From the human T2T-CHM13v2.0 reference genome, Homo sapiens: a DNA stretch of 64,000 nucleotides. A program made the translations under genes and the position numbers. Below the pieces are notes generated by a model. The model had not been told where the DNA came from, searched no databases, and saw only the letters and a list, made by a program, of their open reading frames with translations. The DNA lies in NCBI RefSeq assembly GCF_009914755.1, contig NC_060936.1. One strand, written 5' to 3'. The stretch's first letter is position 1; every line of letters starts with the position of its first letter. Shown here one piece after another: positions 37,776 through 52,098 of the stretch.

Positions 37776-37999
37776 ATATTTTTAAGATGCGATTTAATAA
37801 ATACAAATTTCATGAGGTAAGTAGAAACCCAGATTCTGAAATACATAACCTTATTGGTGACCATAGAGAACTAAACAAGAATATCATTTTTACCTCAGCC
37901 ATATTGCTCCCTACATGCGGAACACCTTTGTCTCTTTCATTCACATTACCAAGGCTTCTTAATTTTTATCTCTAAAACATGTTCACTCATTCATACTTG

Positions 38000-38580
38000 C
38001 ATGCATTCATTCATTTAGCAAATATTTCTTAGCTCTTAACCATGTTCCAGGCATTATTTTCTATACTGAGGGTGCATCAGTGAACAAAACAAACAAGAAA
38101 TATTTTTGCCCTAGTGGCATTTATGTTCTAATTAGGAGAGATTGACAATAAAAAGGTTATGAGTGTATTTTAATGTGTATGTTGATATATTTTAAAGATG
38201 AAAAATTAAAACAAAAGGGAGGAGCTTATCTGGGGATAGTTAATTAAAGTTTTTGATACAGAGGGGAAGGTCAAGTAAGACCTCATTGTAACGATAATAG
38301 AGTTAAAACCTTCGGGAGGTAAGCTATCCATTAGATGATCTAGAGGAAAAACTTTTCTTATAGAGGGAACAACAAGTTCAGTGGCCCTGAACATGCATAC
38401 TTTGTTTCTGAAACATCCAGGAAGTCAGATTGAACAAGCAGAAAGTAGTAGGAGCTGAGGTTGTGGTGGAAGAAGACAGGACATTAAGTTGCAATGTCTT
38501 GGAAGTCATTGTGATAATTTGGGGTTTTTATCCTGAATGAGACTGGAAGCCACTGGAGCCACTGGATCATTCTTTCTACT
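38000..38580 (-). mobile_element. LINE-2 3' fragment (approximate)
   Basis: cattcattcatttagcaaatatt...ccaggcatt...cagtgaacaaaaca. Confidence 0.65.
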
Positions 38581-39430
38581 CTGTTAGGTTGTATTATGAA
38601 ACAGATATTTCCACTATATTTGCCTCTTTTCTTTACCATAGTCTTTGTGGACATTCGAGCTGGTTACTTTGCAAAATTAGCTCCTATCTGAGCAGGAGCA
38701 TCCAGAGTTGAAGCAAAAAGACTCAGCAAACGTAGGAGTTAACAGTATGAGATGAAACCAAAGAGGTAATGAGGGATTTGCTAAGAGTAGTGATATATGA
38801 TCAGACTTTGTTTTTCTTTGTTGAAAATGGAGTGAAAAGGGAAAGGTGAGAACAGGGAGATCACTGAGAAAGCCATTGCAGTTAACCAGGCTCAGGATGG
38901 AGTTGGTATGAAGTAGCTCTGGTAAGTGATGAGATCATGGATTTGCTCACAGTTCAGATGTAGCTTATGAGAGACAGAAGGAGTCCTGTTCTTTACCTGG
39001 AGGTATGTTACAAATTTGAGAGTCATTAGCTTGGAATGGTAGTTAGATCTCTAGGTCTGTCAGCAAAATGTATCTTTACTATCTAAAGTACAGTACCATA
39101 CTAATGTTATTACAAAATTTAACCACTGCTTGTAACAATGTTTCTGTGGGAAAGTCTCCTAAACAACATTGGGATACTCAGAAGATCCCTCCCACCAGGT
39201 ATTGGACTAGAGACTCCTCTGTCTTCAAACCTATAATGTATGGCATATGATCCAGCAGGGACGTCTATTGTGGGGAAGGGCAGGAGATCAGGGTGGTGGG
39301 GATTTTCCTATTCTGATCAGATAGTTTGAAGACAAAACTAATTAAATAATAGAGTTTCTACTATATAGCCCTTGCATGAGTATGATATGGTATCTGCAGT
39401 TAGACTGTAGTTTCTTAAAGTCAAGATTTA

Positions 39431-39719
39431 CAGTTGTATGCTGCATAAGGACATTTCAGTCAACAACAGACCACATATAAGATGGTAGTGCCATAACATA
39501 TAATACTGTATTTTTATTGTACCTTTTATATGCTTAGATACACAAGTGCTTATTTTGTTATGTATTCAGTACAGTAATATGCTGTACAGGTTTTTAGCAT
39601 AGTTGTCTAGTAGGCTATACCATCTAGGTTTCCATAAGCACACTCAAAGATGTTTGCACAACAAAATTTCTTAATACATTTCTCAGAACATATTCCCATC
39701 ATTAAGTGATGCATGACTG
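39431..39719. mobile_element. Tigger3/MER7-type non-autonomous DNA transposon
   Basis: Degenerate TIRs cagttgtatgctgcataaggac and cattaagtgatgcatgactg, flanked by TA on both sides. Confidence 0.82.
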
Positions 39720-40099
39720 TATATAATTCTTCTGTGTTTCCCTGCAATACCTATCCTAGAATAATAACATAAAATGGAAGTATAGGGAATAATTACTAAG
39801 TTTATTTTGTATTTATGAGACATTATTTACTGGAGTTTTTCCTATGAACTGGTCTCATTGTAAGACCTTGAAACGTTTTGAGGATTTAATTACGGTTATG
39901 CATTACTGTAAGTATAGGAATGTTTCCTTGAGTGGCTCATACTTATGTCAAGATTTCATTGACTTTAGAAATTAAAGATATGTATAAGAGTAGGTAATGA
40001 TTTGTTGTGATAGTATTTCCATAGTTCTCCATTTATTTTATGAAATGACATGGCAATTATAATGTTTATAACTTTTTATTCTTATTTTTTGTTTCATTG

Positions 40100-42125
40100 A
40101 ATGTGTAATTTAAATATTCACCAACTCTAGCTTTGATAAATTTTGGTAATTATAACAGTTAATGTAACCACTAGCATAATTAAGAATATACCTATCCTCC
40201 TAAAAACTTTTCTTGTGTGATTTTGTAGGATATTTTCTCTTTCATTCTCAGAGAATCACTGATCTGCTTTTAGTTTTGACTTTTCTAGAACATTGTACAA
40301 ATGGAATCATAGTATGTAGACTTTTCATTTCAGTTCTTCCACTTAGCACATAGTATTTGAGAGCAATTGATATCTTTTTGTGTATTAATGCCTTGTTCCA
40401 TTTTATTGCTGAGTAGTATGCCATATGCTGTAGTCCAGATATGCTATTTGTTTTTTTATTTACCAGTTGATGGACATTTGAGTTGTTTCTATTTTTTGCC
40501 TACTATTCAGAGTAAGACTTCTCTGAATATTCACATATAAGCCTTTGTGTGGACATGTTTTCATTTCTCTTAGATAAATTGGAGTGAGATGGATGGGTCA
40601 TATGTAAAGTATATTTAACTTTATGGTAAACTCAGTGTTTTCCAAAGTGGTTATACCATTTTACATCTGCGTACATCTCACTGTGGTGGTTGTTTGTATT
40701 TCTCTAGTGATATTAGGCATCTTTTCACATTGGCAGTGTGTATATCTTATTTTGGGAGGTGTACGTTTGAATATTTTGCCTGTTTTCTAACTGGGTTACT
40801 TGTCTTCTTACTGAGTTGTAAGAGTTCTTTATTCTAGATATAAGTCCTTTCTCAGATAAATGTTTTGCAAGTATTTCTTTTCATTTTTGTCTTTTTGAAT
40901 AGAAGTTTTAATTTTAGTAAAGTCCATTTTTAAAATTCTTTTGTTATTCCTGATCTTTATGTCCTACATAAGAAATGTTTGCCTATCCAAATGTCACAAT
41001 TTTTCTCCTGTTTTCTTCCATCAGATAACATTTTTTTCTATTATGTTTACATCTCTGATATACTTTTAATTAGTTTTTGTGTTTGATTTGTAGCAGACAA
41101 AAATTTTTTTTCTTTTTTTTATATCAACATCCAGTTATACCAGCACCATTTGTTGAAAAACCTATCTTCTTCATTAAATTATCTTGGGCACTTTGTCCAA
41201 AATCAGTTGATTATATAAGTGTGGATCTATTTCTGTACTGTTTTTTCCCATTGATTTATATGTTTATTTTTATATCAGCTGTTTCTTTCCATTTTTTCCA
41301 TTGATTTATGTGTCTGTTTTTATACTAGCTGTAGCTATACTACACTGTTTTAGTTTTATATTTTTGAGTCAGTAAAATTCTTCAACCTTATTCTTTTTCA
41401 AAAGTGTTTTCATTATTTTAGGCATTTTTGCCTTATTTTTTAAATCATAATATCTACTTATCAATTTCTTTACAAAGCTTAGCTAGGATTTTAATTAGGA
41501 TTGTGTTGAAATGTGAAGAAAGAATTGCCATCTTAGTATTGAGTCCACCATTTCATGAACATAGTATATCTCTTTATATCAATTTTTTAGTTTTTTATGC
41601 AATGTTTTATAGTTTTCAATGTATAGGTTTTGTACATCCTTCATTAAATTTATTCCTATATATTCTATTTTTATTCTATTTTAATTGTTTTAAAATTTTA
41701 CTTCCTAATTTTTATTTTTCTTTTTTTTTTTATAGAGACAGGATCTTGCTATATTGGCCAGGGCAGTCTCAAACTCTTGGCCTCAAGCAGTCCTCCCTCA
41801 GCCTCCCTGAGTGCTGGGACTATAGGTTTGAGCCACCAAGCTTGACTCCTAATTGTTTTTTGCTACTATATTATATATGTTCTGATGATTCGTTGTTAAT
41901 TCTATTGACTTTGTGCCCTGACACATTGCTAAATTCACTTACTATTTCTGTTAGCTTTTTGTATATTCTTTAAGATATTCTGCAGACATGACTATGTCAT
42001 CTATGTACAAAAAAGACAGTTTTCCTTTTTCCCTTACATTATTTATTTCTTTTGCTTCTTTTCATTGACTTATTAAACTAGCTAGAACCTCCAGTAAAAT
42101 GTTGAATAAAAATGATGAGTGGTTG
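40100..42125 (-). mobile_element. Ancient L1M (ME/MC-type) fragment
   Basis: gttgatggacatttgagttgtttc, ttttccaaagtggttataccattttaca and gctagaacctccagtaaaatgttgaata. Confidence 0.75.
41720..41846 (-). mobile_element. FLAM (free left Alu monomer)
   Basis: Poly-T followed by a single antisense monomer. tcctaatt occurs on both flanks. Confidence 0.8.
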
Positions 42126-42261
42126 GTTTTTCATAGGAATAAAAAAAAATTAAAATAATATTTAAGTTATATAACTCATTTGTTTACTTCAAAAAATCTA
42201 GAATGCTTTCTATTACCATTTGCCTAAAATTCTTTAATTTATTCTTTTTTTCTAATCTTAG

Positions 42262-42861
42262 GTGATTGACTTGGGTTCCGGTAAAGGCTACCTAAGCTCT
42301 TTTTTGTCCTTGAAGTATGGCTTAAAAGTTTATGGAATTGATTCTTCAAATACCAATACTCATGGAGCTGAGGAGAGAAACAGAAAATTGAAGAAACATT
42401 GGAAACTCTGTCATGCTCAGTCAAGATTAGATGTCAATGGACTAGCATTAAAAATGGCAAAAGAAAGGAAAGTGAAAAATAAAGTTAAAAATAAAGCTGA
42501 TACTGAGGAAGTGTTTAACAACAGTCCTACAAATCAAGAAAAGATGCCTACCTCAGCTATTTTGCCTGATTTTTCTGGCTCTGTAATTTCTAATATCAGA
42601 AACCAAATGGAAACCCTTCATTCTCAGCCACATCAAAAAGAAAATTTGTGTTTTGAAAATTCCTTTTCTCTTATAAACCTTTTGCCTATTAATGCTGTAG
42701 AGCCTACTTCTTCACAGCAAATACCCAACAGAGAAACATCTGAAGCCAATAAAGAGAGAAGAAAAATGACATCAAAGTCAAGTGAATCAAATATATATTC
42801 ACCTTTAACCTCTTTTATCACTGCTGATTCAGAACTCCATGACATTATTAAAGATTTGGAG
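42262..42861 (+). CDS. METTL25: METTL25 coding exon 4, containing SAM-binding motif I
   Basis: cttAG|GTG acceptor. VIDLGSGKGYL is Rossmann motif I and VYGID is the post-I motif. Donor GAG|GTGACT. 600 nt, phase 0-0. Confidence 0.96.
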
Positions 42862-43509
42862 GTGACTTTACCTTTGAATTATTTAATTTGATTTACAAAA
42901 ACATTGTATTCAATTTTAATAGTAGCTTACTTAACATACATATCTTACTTGATCACATTAATCTAACAGACCAAGAAAATGAAATCATAAGTAGGCTTTC
43001 ATTATTCCCACACCCATCAAAACCTGACATGAGCCTGTTCAGAATAGAGTATCCTCTACTCATTTCAAGCCTCTTAAATCAAATTGAAGTCCTGGCACAA
43101 AAGCTAGTAAGTAAACTAAGTTCTCATTCTGCAGTTTAGGAATTGTTAAAATTCTAAACAAGTAGTTAAATTTTAATTTAAATTTGAAGTAAAGGGATAT
43201 CTAGAACAAAGTAATGTTCAATGTTACACTTGCCAATATGGAATTTCCTTGAGCAAGAGTAGCTTCTAAGTGTTCTTCAAAGCTTGAACTTTTTCTAAAT
43301 TACAAGTATGTCAGTTTATGTAATTGAAAGACAGCAGATCTTAAAGGCAATGTTGCATGTTAAAACAGTATTATAGAGGAGATTCTAGAGATCGTTTGGC
43401 CTAACTCATTGTCTCAAAAAAAAAAAAAAAGGTAGCTTTTGGAGTTGTATTACCCTTGTAATTTTTTTTTCTTTTTAAAGAAATTCTTCCCCAAAGAAAT
43501 GTATAAATA

Positions 43510-43858
<349 letters not shown>

Positions 43859-44859
43859 TTAAATCCTTGTTTGATAGCTGACCATTGTTTTACCATTTTT
43901 TAAATGGGAAATTTTTCTTTTTCCCAGATATTTTTGGATTTAAGGGAATCTAGTGTACCTTCATTAATTCTTTTTCTTATACATGAAATTAGTAATTATT
44001 TTAGACTTTCTTTTAGGGTTAAACAATCTCAATGACTTTAGTTTAACTTAAAAAAAATGTAAATTTCTAGTACATTTTGTCACCTTCTAATTTTCTCAAA
44101 ATCTTGCTGAAAATATATGATCAAAACTGTATACAAATTCTTTTAAGAACCATCTAAAATAAGATATACTGGAAGAATGTTTCTTGGATCCTATAGCAAA
44201 TCACAATTTAATAACAGAATTAACTAACACCCCCTATTCCCCCTACCCTCTCGCAATACTTAAATATTTTACTAGTAGGATAATATGGTGACTACATATT
44301 TTTGTCTCCTAGCTGCTACTTGCTAATATTAACTAATCTTATATGATAAATACAATAAAGAATGAGGTTAAATGTTCTTTTATTTTCTTTAGGGAGAGCT
44401 AAATTAAGCTTAAAGAGAGAAATTCGTAGCTTTATTACTCTGTCCCTAAGTAGCAATAAATCTTGTCTGAATTATTTTTTACTGATGACATCATAATCTC
44501 TAAATAAAACCTATCTAAACTAATCATCAAGAAAAGCAGAGTAGCTGTATAACCCTCTATAAACTGTGCTTTGAAAAGGATAGTGCTTGAAGCAACTGAG
44601 TGTTCTATCAGGTCAAAACCACTTACAGGCGTAATTTTTTTTTTAGTAAGTTTGATTACAGCTGTCTTTTATGTCTAGGACATAGGCTAAAATAACATTT
44701 TAGTAAAATAATTTTTAAAAATGTTAGTGAAACAATTATATGCTGACAATAGTTATAAAAATGTGTTTGAGAAACAAGTTAATACTTAACGTTATTTTGA
44801 ATTTGTAATTTAAAGTAAATTACAATGATAAAAAAATGGACAATGTTTTCTGAATTTTA

Positions 44860-45055
44860 TTATATGGTAGTGTACTAAGTCATTTACAGGGATTAGTTTA
44901 CTTAAGTTTTGAAAGAACCCATTGAGATGAAGTACTGTTATTATCTCCATCTTACAGTTGAGGAAATCAGTTTCCTCAATTTGCTTTCCAAATCACACTG
45001 TGACAGAACTTGAATTTAGACAGGCTTTTTCCCGAGACTGTGCTCTTAATGACTG
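44860..45055 (-). mobile_element. MIR
   Basis: gtactgttattatctccatcttacagttgaggaaa core. Confidence 0.65.
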
Positions 45056-46217
45056 TACTACAGGTTATGCAATTAGTTCATTAATAACTATTTCTTTAAC
45101 ATCTCTTAAGTAAACACATGTATCTTTAATATTTACAGCTTTAAGATTAATTTTAGTTGGTATTATAAAGTACCAACTAAAATTAGTTGATGAGTAATAC
45201 TTTAGAGAACACTTTGAGAGACATGATGATTTAATTTTAAAAAACTAGAAATTAATATACCTATATTCACAGATTTACACTAAAACATGATCTTTACATT
45301 ATCATGGTTTGAGTGTCATCTGGAAAATTGAGAGGCTACTATTAGAAATTTTTTAGTTCCAAATGGTAAAAGTATGTGATTCTAATAGGGTACAGGTTTT
45401 CTGTATAAATTTTTTTTCTTACAAGTTTCTTTTTACTCCTACTTTAACTAAATTTTTATGAGTCATGTCAAACACAGAAGAGTATTATTAGTAAATTCAA
45501 CTTCAAAATGATTGTTGAACAAGATTCTGTGCATGTATACATTTGTACTCATTGTGTATGTGTGTGTGTACATTTAAATTAGGCTTTGGATAATTAGAAT
45601 AAACATTTCATAGGAGAATTTTAAATACGATGTATACTATAAAATTTGGAAAAAATTTTTTAATTAAATTTTATATTGTCATAGTTGATGCGGTGTATAA
45701 ACTAAGCTTTTTGTTGTTAAAGTAGAAATACCAAGTTTACAACAGTTATTTATTTTTTATAACAATATTTTATAAGGTTTTGATGGGCAATCTGAGACGT
45801 GAAATTAATTTCAAAAATTAATATTATGGTCAAAGTGTGATATAAATTTATAACAAAGCACAGGTTTGGTCTAGAAATACATGTTACATTTGATTAGTCC
45901 AATTTTTGCTTTGTCTAGTTGTTAAGCAAATATTAGTTGTAAAATGGGAGAAAATATAAACAGGTAAATAAGTGAAATCACTGAAAAAAATTCAAAAGTT
46001 GTAAAAAGAGATCACAGTTATTTTACCTATAAAGAAATAATTATTACTATGAAAATAAAAACAGAGAATACTTTCTAGGTAGAATTTGATAATTATTAAC
46101 AGCTTTACATATTTTAATGGACGTTAAAGTTGAAAGATTTAATTTAATCTTTAAATCATTAAATCATTAAAGATTTAATGGATGTTTAAATTGAAAGATT
46201 TAAAATCTTCAACTCAT

Positions 46218-46390
46218 GCTGTGGGCGGTACAATGTGCTTGTAGTCCCAGCTACTTGGGAGGCTGAAGCAGGAGGATCATTTGAGGCCAGTAATTTGAGT
46301 CAGTAGCACGTGATATTCGTGCCTGTGAATAGCCACCACAGTGCAGCCTGGGCAACATTGCAAGATCCTGTATGTAAAAATAAATAAAAA
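46218..46390 (+). mobile_element. FAM (fossil Alu monomer)
   Basis: Monomer retaining the 7SL-like gcctgtgaatagccac segment, with an A-rich tail. Confidence 0.78.
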
Positions 46391-46447
46391 TTTTAAACAA
46401 CCCTCTTTTTAATTACCAAATTTTATTTTTCTTCTTGTATTTTAAAG

Positions 46448-46595
46448 GATTGTTTGATGGTGGGTCTCCACACTTGTGGTGATCTGGCTCCAAATACTTT
46501 GCGAATATTTACCTCCAACTCTGAAATCAAGGGAGTTTGCAGTGTGGGTTGTTGCTACCACCTCTTATCTGAAGAATTTGAAAACCAGCATAAAG
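46448..46595 (+). CDS. METTL25: METTL25 coding exon 5; later exons lie beyond the window
   Basis: taaAG|GAT acceptor. Reads DCLMVGLHTCGDLAP...VGCCYHLL, the GLHxCGDL and GCCY motifs typical of the METTL25/RRNAD1 family. Donor AAG|GTACAA. 148 nt. Confidence 0.95.
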
Positions 46596-48150
46596 GTACA
46601 AGTTCCCCATGTGTCATAATTTTTATTCATTTGAGCATAATGAAATATGCTATTTCTATTTTCTATTTCTCCCCGTTTTTTCGTCATTACCATGATTTGG
46701 ATCAGCATTTAAGATAACATCTGACTTACTTGCACTTTTAGTGTTACGGTGTTATTGAAATTTAATGCATCACCACCTGTATATTTGTTATAGTTTCTTT
46801 GGTCATAAAATGGGCTTAATGAGTGCTGAAGCCTTTGCAAATATTTGAAAATTTTATGTGATACATATTTTAGAGAACTTCTGTTTTAAAATACTTGTGA
46901 AGTATACATTTACTGAGTTAGTAAAACTGAGTTATTTTGTTATGAATATTGAATTTCAAAGTTTGCTTTTGTTTCCAAAGCCTTTTTTCATATCTGAAGG
47001 AATACTGATATTTAAAAAAGAAAAAGTTCTTTACTGTATTTTGAAGAGTCAACATACCAAAATTTTAGAAAACTTTAAAACTGTGTGATTGCATTAAAAT
47101 AATAGTATTCAAACTATGCTACCTGTACTTAGAAGGTGCTGATGAGCAGAGTATGGAGTAGGTTTGCAAGATTTGAAGCACCCCACATATTCATTCAGAG
47201 CAGCTCCTGAAATAGCTGTTTGCTCCATTTTACATGTTAAATCTTTCCATAAGATATTGTAAAATATGATTTCAAAACTGCTGGTTCAGATTAGATGGTT
47301 ATTTAGTATACTAATAATAGTAGTTCGTTTTTATGTTAGTTTAATGATATCTTTATCTGTGTCCTTGCTAAGAGTTTTAGATCGGGAATTTTTAGGTTAC
47401 CAACTTTTGTGTGCATTAAGATGGTATTGGTTGATCTTTTCTTAGTTTTAAAACCCAGATTAATATATTTTAATTATTTCTTATTTAGTCATGCCCAGGA
47501 GGTAAACATTGTAATTGTTTAATTTTATTGAAATGTGACAAGGTGAAACAGAAACCATTTTTAGAATTGGCACACATTTTTACGAAATATAGTTAATTAA
47601 ATTATAATTATTTTATGTCAGTGTTTTGACATTTTTATTTTAGGAAAAGTATGAAATAGTGAAATTATGACTGTATAGAGATAGAATGAAAGAAAGCAAA
47701 TTAGCAAAAATTTAGCACTAGTTTAATTTAGATGGAGAGTATACGATTGTCATGCTATTATTACCAACTCATTTTTTTCTAAGTACAGAAATTTTCAAGA
47801 CCAAAAATTAGGGTAAAAAATGAACTTAGAAAAAAAAAGTATTTCTACTAAATTATATACCCACATATTTACATTATATTATAGTATTTTTATGTATCTT
47901 TTCTGAAATAAATGAAAAAATACTTTAATTCAATCACAGTTCTACAGCTTTTTAAATGTTCTGTGTATAACATTTTCCTTAATTGGCAGTAGGGTAAGAT
48001 TTATGTAGGTAAGTGCTTCCTTTTGGGGTTTACTATTTGGTTGTTAGTTCAAGAGTTTCCTGTTCTGTAGGTACAATGAAATTCAATTAATAAATGGCTC
48101 AATTTGGGGACAGGTGTAGACACTTTGTGTGTCATTAAATTTAGAGACAC

Positions 48151-48424
<274 letters not shown>

Positions 48425-51400
48425 AAATTAGAGTCACTATCCTTACACTACATTTTAAGGTCTTTAATTTCAGTTACCTGCTTCCTTCTTTCACTTCATC
48501 ATCATTGCCCCCAAGGATGCCTTCCCATTCCAAGGGGCCTCCCTCTCCTCTTCACGCAGTGCTTTCTTAAGACTGCCATCTCTGGTCAGACCCTAGCAGC
48601 CATCACTCTGTACTGTGAAGTCTCAGAGGTAGTCTCAGTATTTTCCCACCAAAGATGAACCCTATCCTTTTTGGCAATGTAGTCTACTCTCTCTCACACT
48701 CTTTTCTGCACAGTTGCACCTTACTCTTTCTCCAGAGTGATCCCCAGAGCTCATTCTGCTGGTTTAGGATAGTGTCTTTCCTAACATATTTAAATTAAAA
48801 TTTGTTGTGTTGCTGTGGATTGTGAGCAATTTTATCTCTTGCCTGTTTTTTTGTAAAATATGTAAATAGATTCAGATTTAGGTGACTATCATTATTTTAT
48901 GGTAACCAGAAGGTGTCATTACTGCCTTTTTTATCTGATGTTGGATTCTTCAATCTCATACTTAAAAAAAGTAGCAGAAGTTACTTGCCAGGATTGAAAA
49001 AAGAAATTTAGTTACTCCTTGCTAATCCATTTTAAATCAGCTTTCCAGTACGTTTTCTAATAGATTATTGCTTTAAACTGTTAGCAAATATTCACTGGTC
49101 ATGTATTCTAACTAAAATGAATTTGAATAGGGCATGTTAGATAGAGAGGGCTTTGAAAAACCTAAAGGAAGAAAGAAGCAAGATTGTACATCCACATATT
49201 GTCATTGCCATTTCTTTCCTGCAAATGAAAAATTGGTAGATTGATTAGTCTTGAGAGGCACCAGATTCCATTCACTTTTGTATCTTCAGTACTAAGCACA
49301 TTCACTCAAACGTGATTGAATAGATGAATGTTTGTATAATGTGTGTCAAAAACAAGTAACTAGGAATAGAAAAAAAATCACTGTTTTCCTGCCTTGGCAG
49401 CTGCATTTTACACACATAAGAGAGTATGTTATTGCACTGAACAAACATTTATTGAGCAGCTACTATTTTCAAGGCACTGTAGTTGGTACTTTATGTAAAA
49501 TAAAGGGAAATGGGGGAGAGGCTCATAAAAAGTCAATAGTTATGGAAAGAGATAGGAAAAATAGATGACAAGCAGAGTTCAGTTCAACATCATCAGTGCC
49601 AACTGTGTTCCACTCTGTGCTTAGTGGTGGAGATACAAAAATGAGATATCGTGTTCACCCTTAAATAATTTCTTTAAAAAGCCCTCAATCCTAGGAACCA
49701 GATAATCCTTATTAGTAATTTTTTAAAAACATTGTTTTTTTGTAAAAACTATTTAGAATAGAAAATTCAAATAACAAAGGAAAAGAAAATACAAAGTAAG
49801 TCCCCGTACCTATATTGTTTTTTTATGTATCTTTCTAGAAAAAAAGTACATATACACATTCTATATTCTTATATGTTTTAGGCAAACAAATGTATAAACT
49901 GTTCATCACCTTTTTTCCACATAATATATTTTTTATAGTCTTTCTGTATCAGCACAGAGAACGTTGCTTTAGTCTTTTTCATTTTGCAAGGTGTTTAATA
50001 TATTGTATTTTATTTATTCAGTACTAAATAGTTAATACTTGCTTAAGGCAGTGGTACTCTTCTTTTAATAAACCAAAATTTAGTGAACTGTTGAGCAGTT
50101 CAATGTAGAGTTTAGAGAACATAAAATATGGCACTAGTGTTCATCTTTGTTTTCTTTATCATCAAACATTAGTTTCAAAATAGTATAGTAATTGCTATAA
50201 GACAGGGTATTACATCTGTTATCTTACAGCAGAGTAGCATGTAGCTCAGTCTGTGAGGGGTTGAGGGTATATTCCCGTGTGGTGATATCCACTGTGTCTT
50301 GAAAGATTCAGTAGAGGTTAATCAGACAAGGAAGTAAGAAGTGTATTGCAGGCAGAATAAACAAAGGCATGCAGTGATAGATGTTTAAAATCAAGTTTTT
50401 TTTTTTCTCTTTGACTTCATAGTCACTTTTTCTCATTGTAATTGTCTTTTCTTCTGTCTTATTCTTGCTCATGTCTTTCATAGAAGCAATTATAATGATA
50501 ATCCTAATGTCCATTTCAGTCAGTAAAAAGGTATGATTTTTATTGACCTCCTTTCACATTTAAGATTACTCCATAATCTGTTTTCCAAAAATCTCTTCTT
50601 GGTTCTCTTAGTTTCTTTCTTTAGTACTTGGTCATTCATAAAATCATTTTTGAGTCTTCTAAGGAAATTAGTTGAAGAGAATAGCTCCAAACTTTTGCAC
50701 ACTAGAAATGGAAGCCTCTCAGTTAACAGATTCTCAAGCATTAGTCTTGTATCCTGCCTGGGTAAAGGCAGTTTTGTCTTCTCTTCTGAAGTTGCTGTTG
50801 TTCACTGTGGGTTTGCAGGACATTTTGGCCACAGGATTTAAATAAGAAAAAGTGTTGGAAAGGTTTGTGAGAACTGTGACCAGCAGCTATAAACTCTGAA
50901 TTTCCCTCCCTATAGGAATAGTAAACTGGAAAGGCCTTCCTGTCAAAAATATCTTACCCATCAAGAATCATTGATATGATCAGGCAAACAATGCTAGGCT
51001 TCAGTGGGGAAAGCTAATAGTAATATCTTAATGTTACTTAATTTCCTGATACATACTTGAAATGAATAGACGATTGGGAGTTTTGCTTGTCAGGAAAGCA
51101 AAGAATAAGCAGGAGGAAACAGGACTGAGTGATATGATGAAATGGGCGGGGACGTATGCAACGTGAGTACCCTCAAATACTTCGGAGGTCAAGAAAACAG
51201 TTGGAAAGCCAAGAGATAAGAGAAAAATGTGGAAAAATAAGTGATAGGAATAATGAAAGTAAACTTGGTTTATATTACAGTTTTGCCTAGCCCTGGACTG
51301 CCACATTTTCTCATCTCAAAAACCAGATGGAAAAGGTAACATACTCCCTTTTCTCTTTCCAACACTCCATCTCCATTTTTCTCACTGTATCTTTGCTGTA

Positions 51401-51444
51401 GTAAAACAGAGAAGATGTGAACCATCCCATGAAATTTTTATAAC

Positions 51445-51612
51445 AGTATTTCTCAATTCTAGCTGCCTAGCTGAGTCGAATTTGACACTTTTAGTGTATA
51501 GATGCCTGGACCTGCCTCTTACCTTCTGAATAATAATCTCTAGGCATAGGACTTGAATATAAGTATGATTAAGAAGTTCTATAGGTAATTCTGATGAACA
51601 GCATGGTTGAAA
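51445..51612. mobile_element. MER5-type hAT-Charlie element
   Basis: cagtatttctcaa...tatagatgcctggacc...aggtaattctgatgaacagcatggttgaaaac. Confidence 0.6.
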
Positions 51613-52058
51613 ACAAGGTATGTATTATGATTATATAAGAAGACATGAAGAATTCTACAGGATGACTTATAGATATATGTTCAAGATTATTTATAGTTAT
51701 TGTTCTTCTATGCAGAGACTTAGATGGGTCCTAGTCAAGTGCCAGTTTGCGGATTCATATGACAGGTTAAACTCAAAAGGGCCTAGGAGTGTACATCAAA
51801 GTCCAAAATGCAGAGAGCTGGAGTAACTAGACCAAAACAAAGTCCTTGAAGTATAGAGGTCAGAGCAAAAACCTGGGGAAAAAAACACAGATGCAAGAGG
51901 GCAGGAAACTGGGTCATAAATAGGGAATGAAGTTAAGTGGTTAGAAGCTAAACAAATTCAAGGAGAAAAATCTAGAACAAGTAAAGTATGTTTGGGATAA
52001 TTATTATGGGTATCCCTAGATTTTTGATAGCTTACCTTTATCAATGAACAGATGTGAC

Positions 52059-52061
<3 letters not shown>

Positions 52062-52096
<35 letters not shown>
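52062..52096. repeat. (TG)n microsatellite
   Basis: Directly visible, about 17 units. Confidence 0.95.

Positions 52097-52098
<2 letters not shown>

Noticed and set aside
41428-41973. 181-aa hydrophobic ORF just upstream of exon 4
   Set aside because: Antisense T-rich L1 plus FLAM sequence with a TTG start and no domain.
44958-44979. Hairpin ttgaggaaa-tcag-tttcctcaa
   Set aside because: A short 9-bp stem within a MIR core. Too small to call an RNA gene or a terminator.
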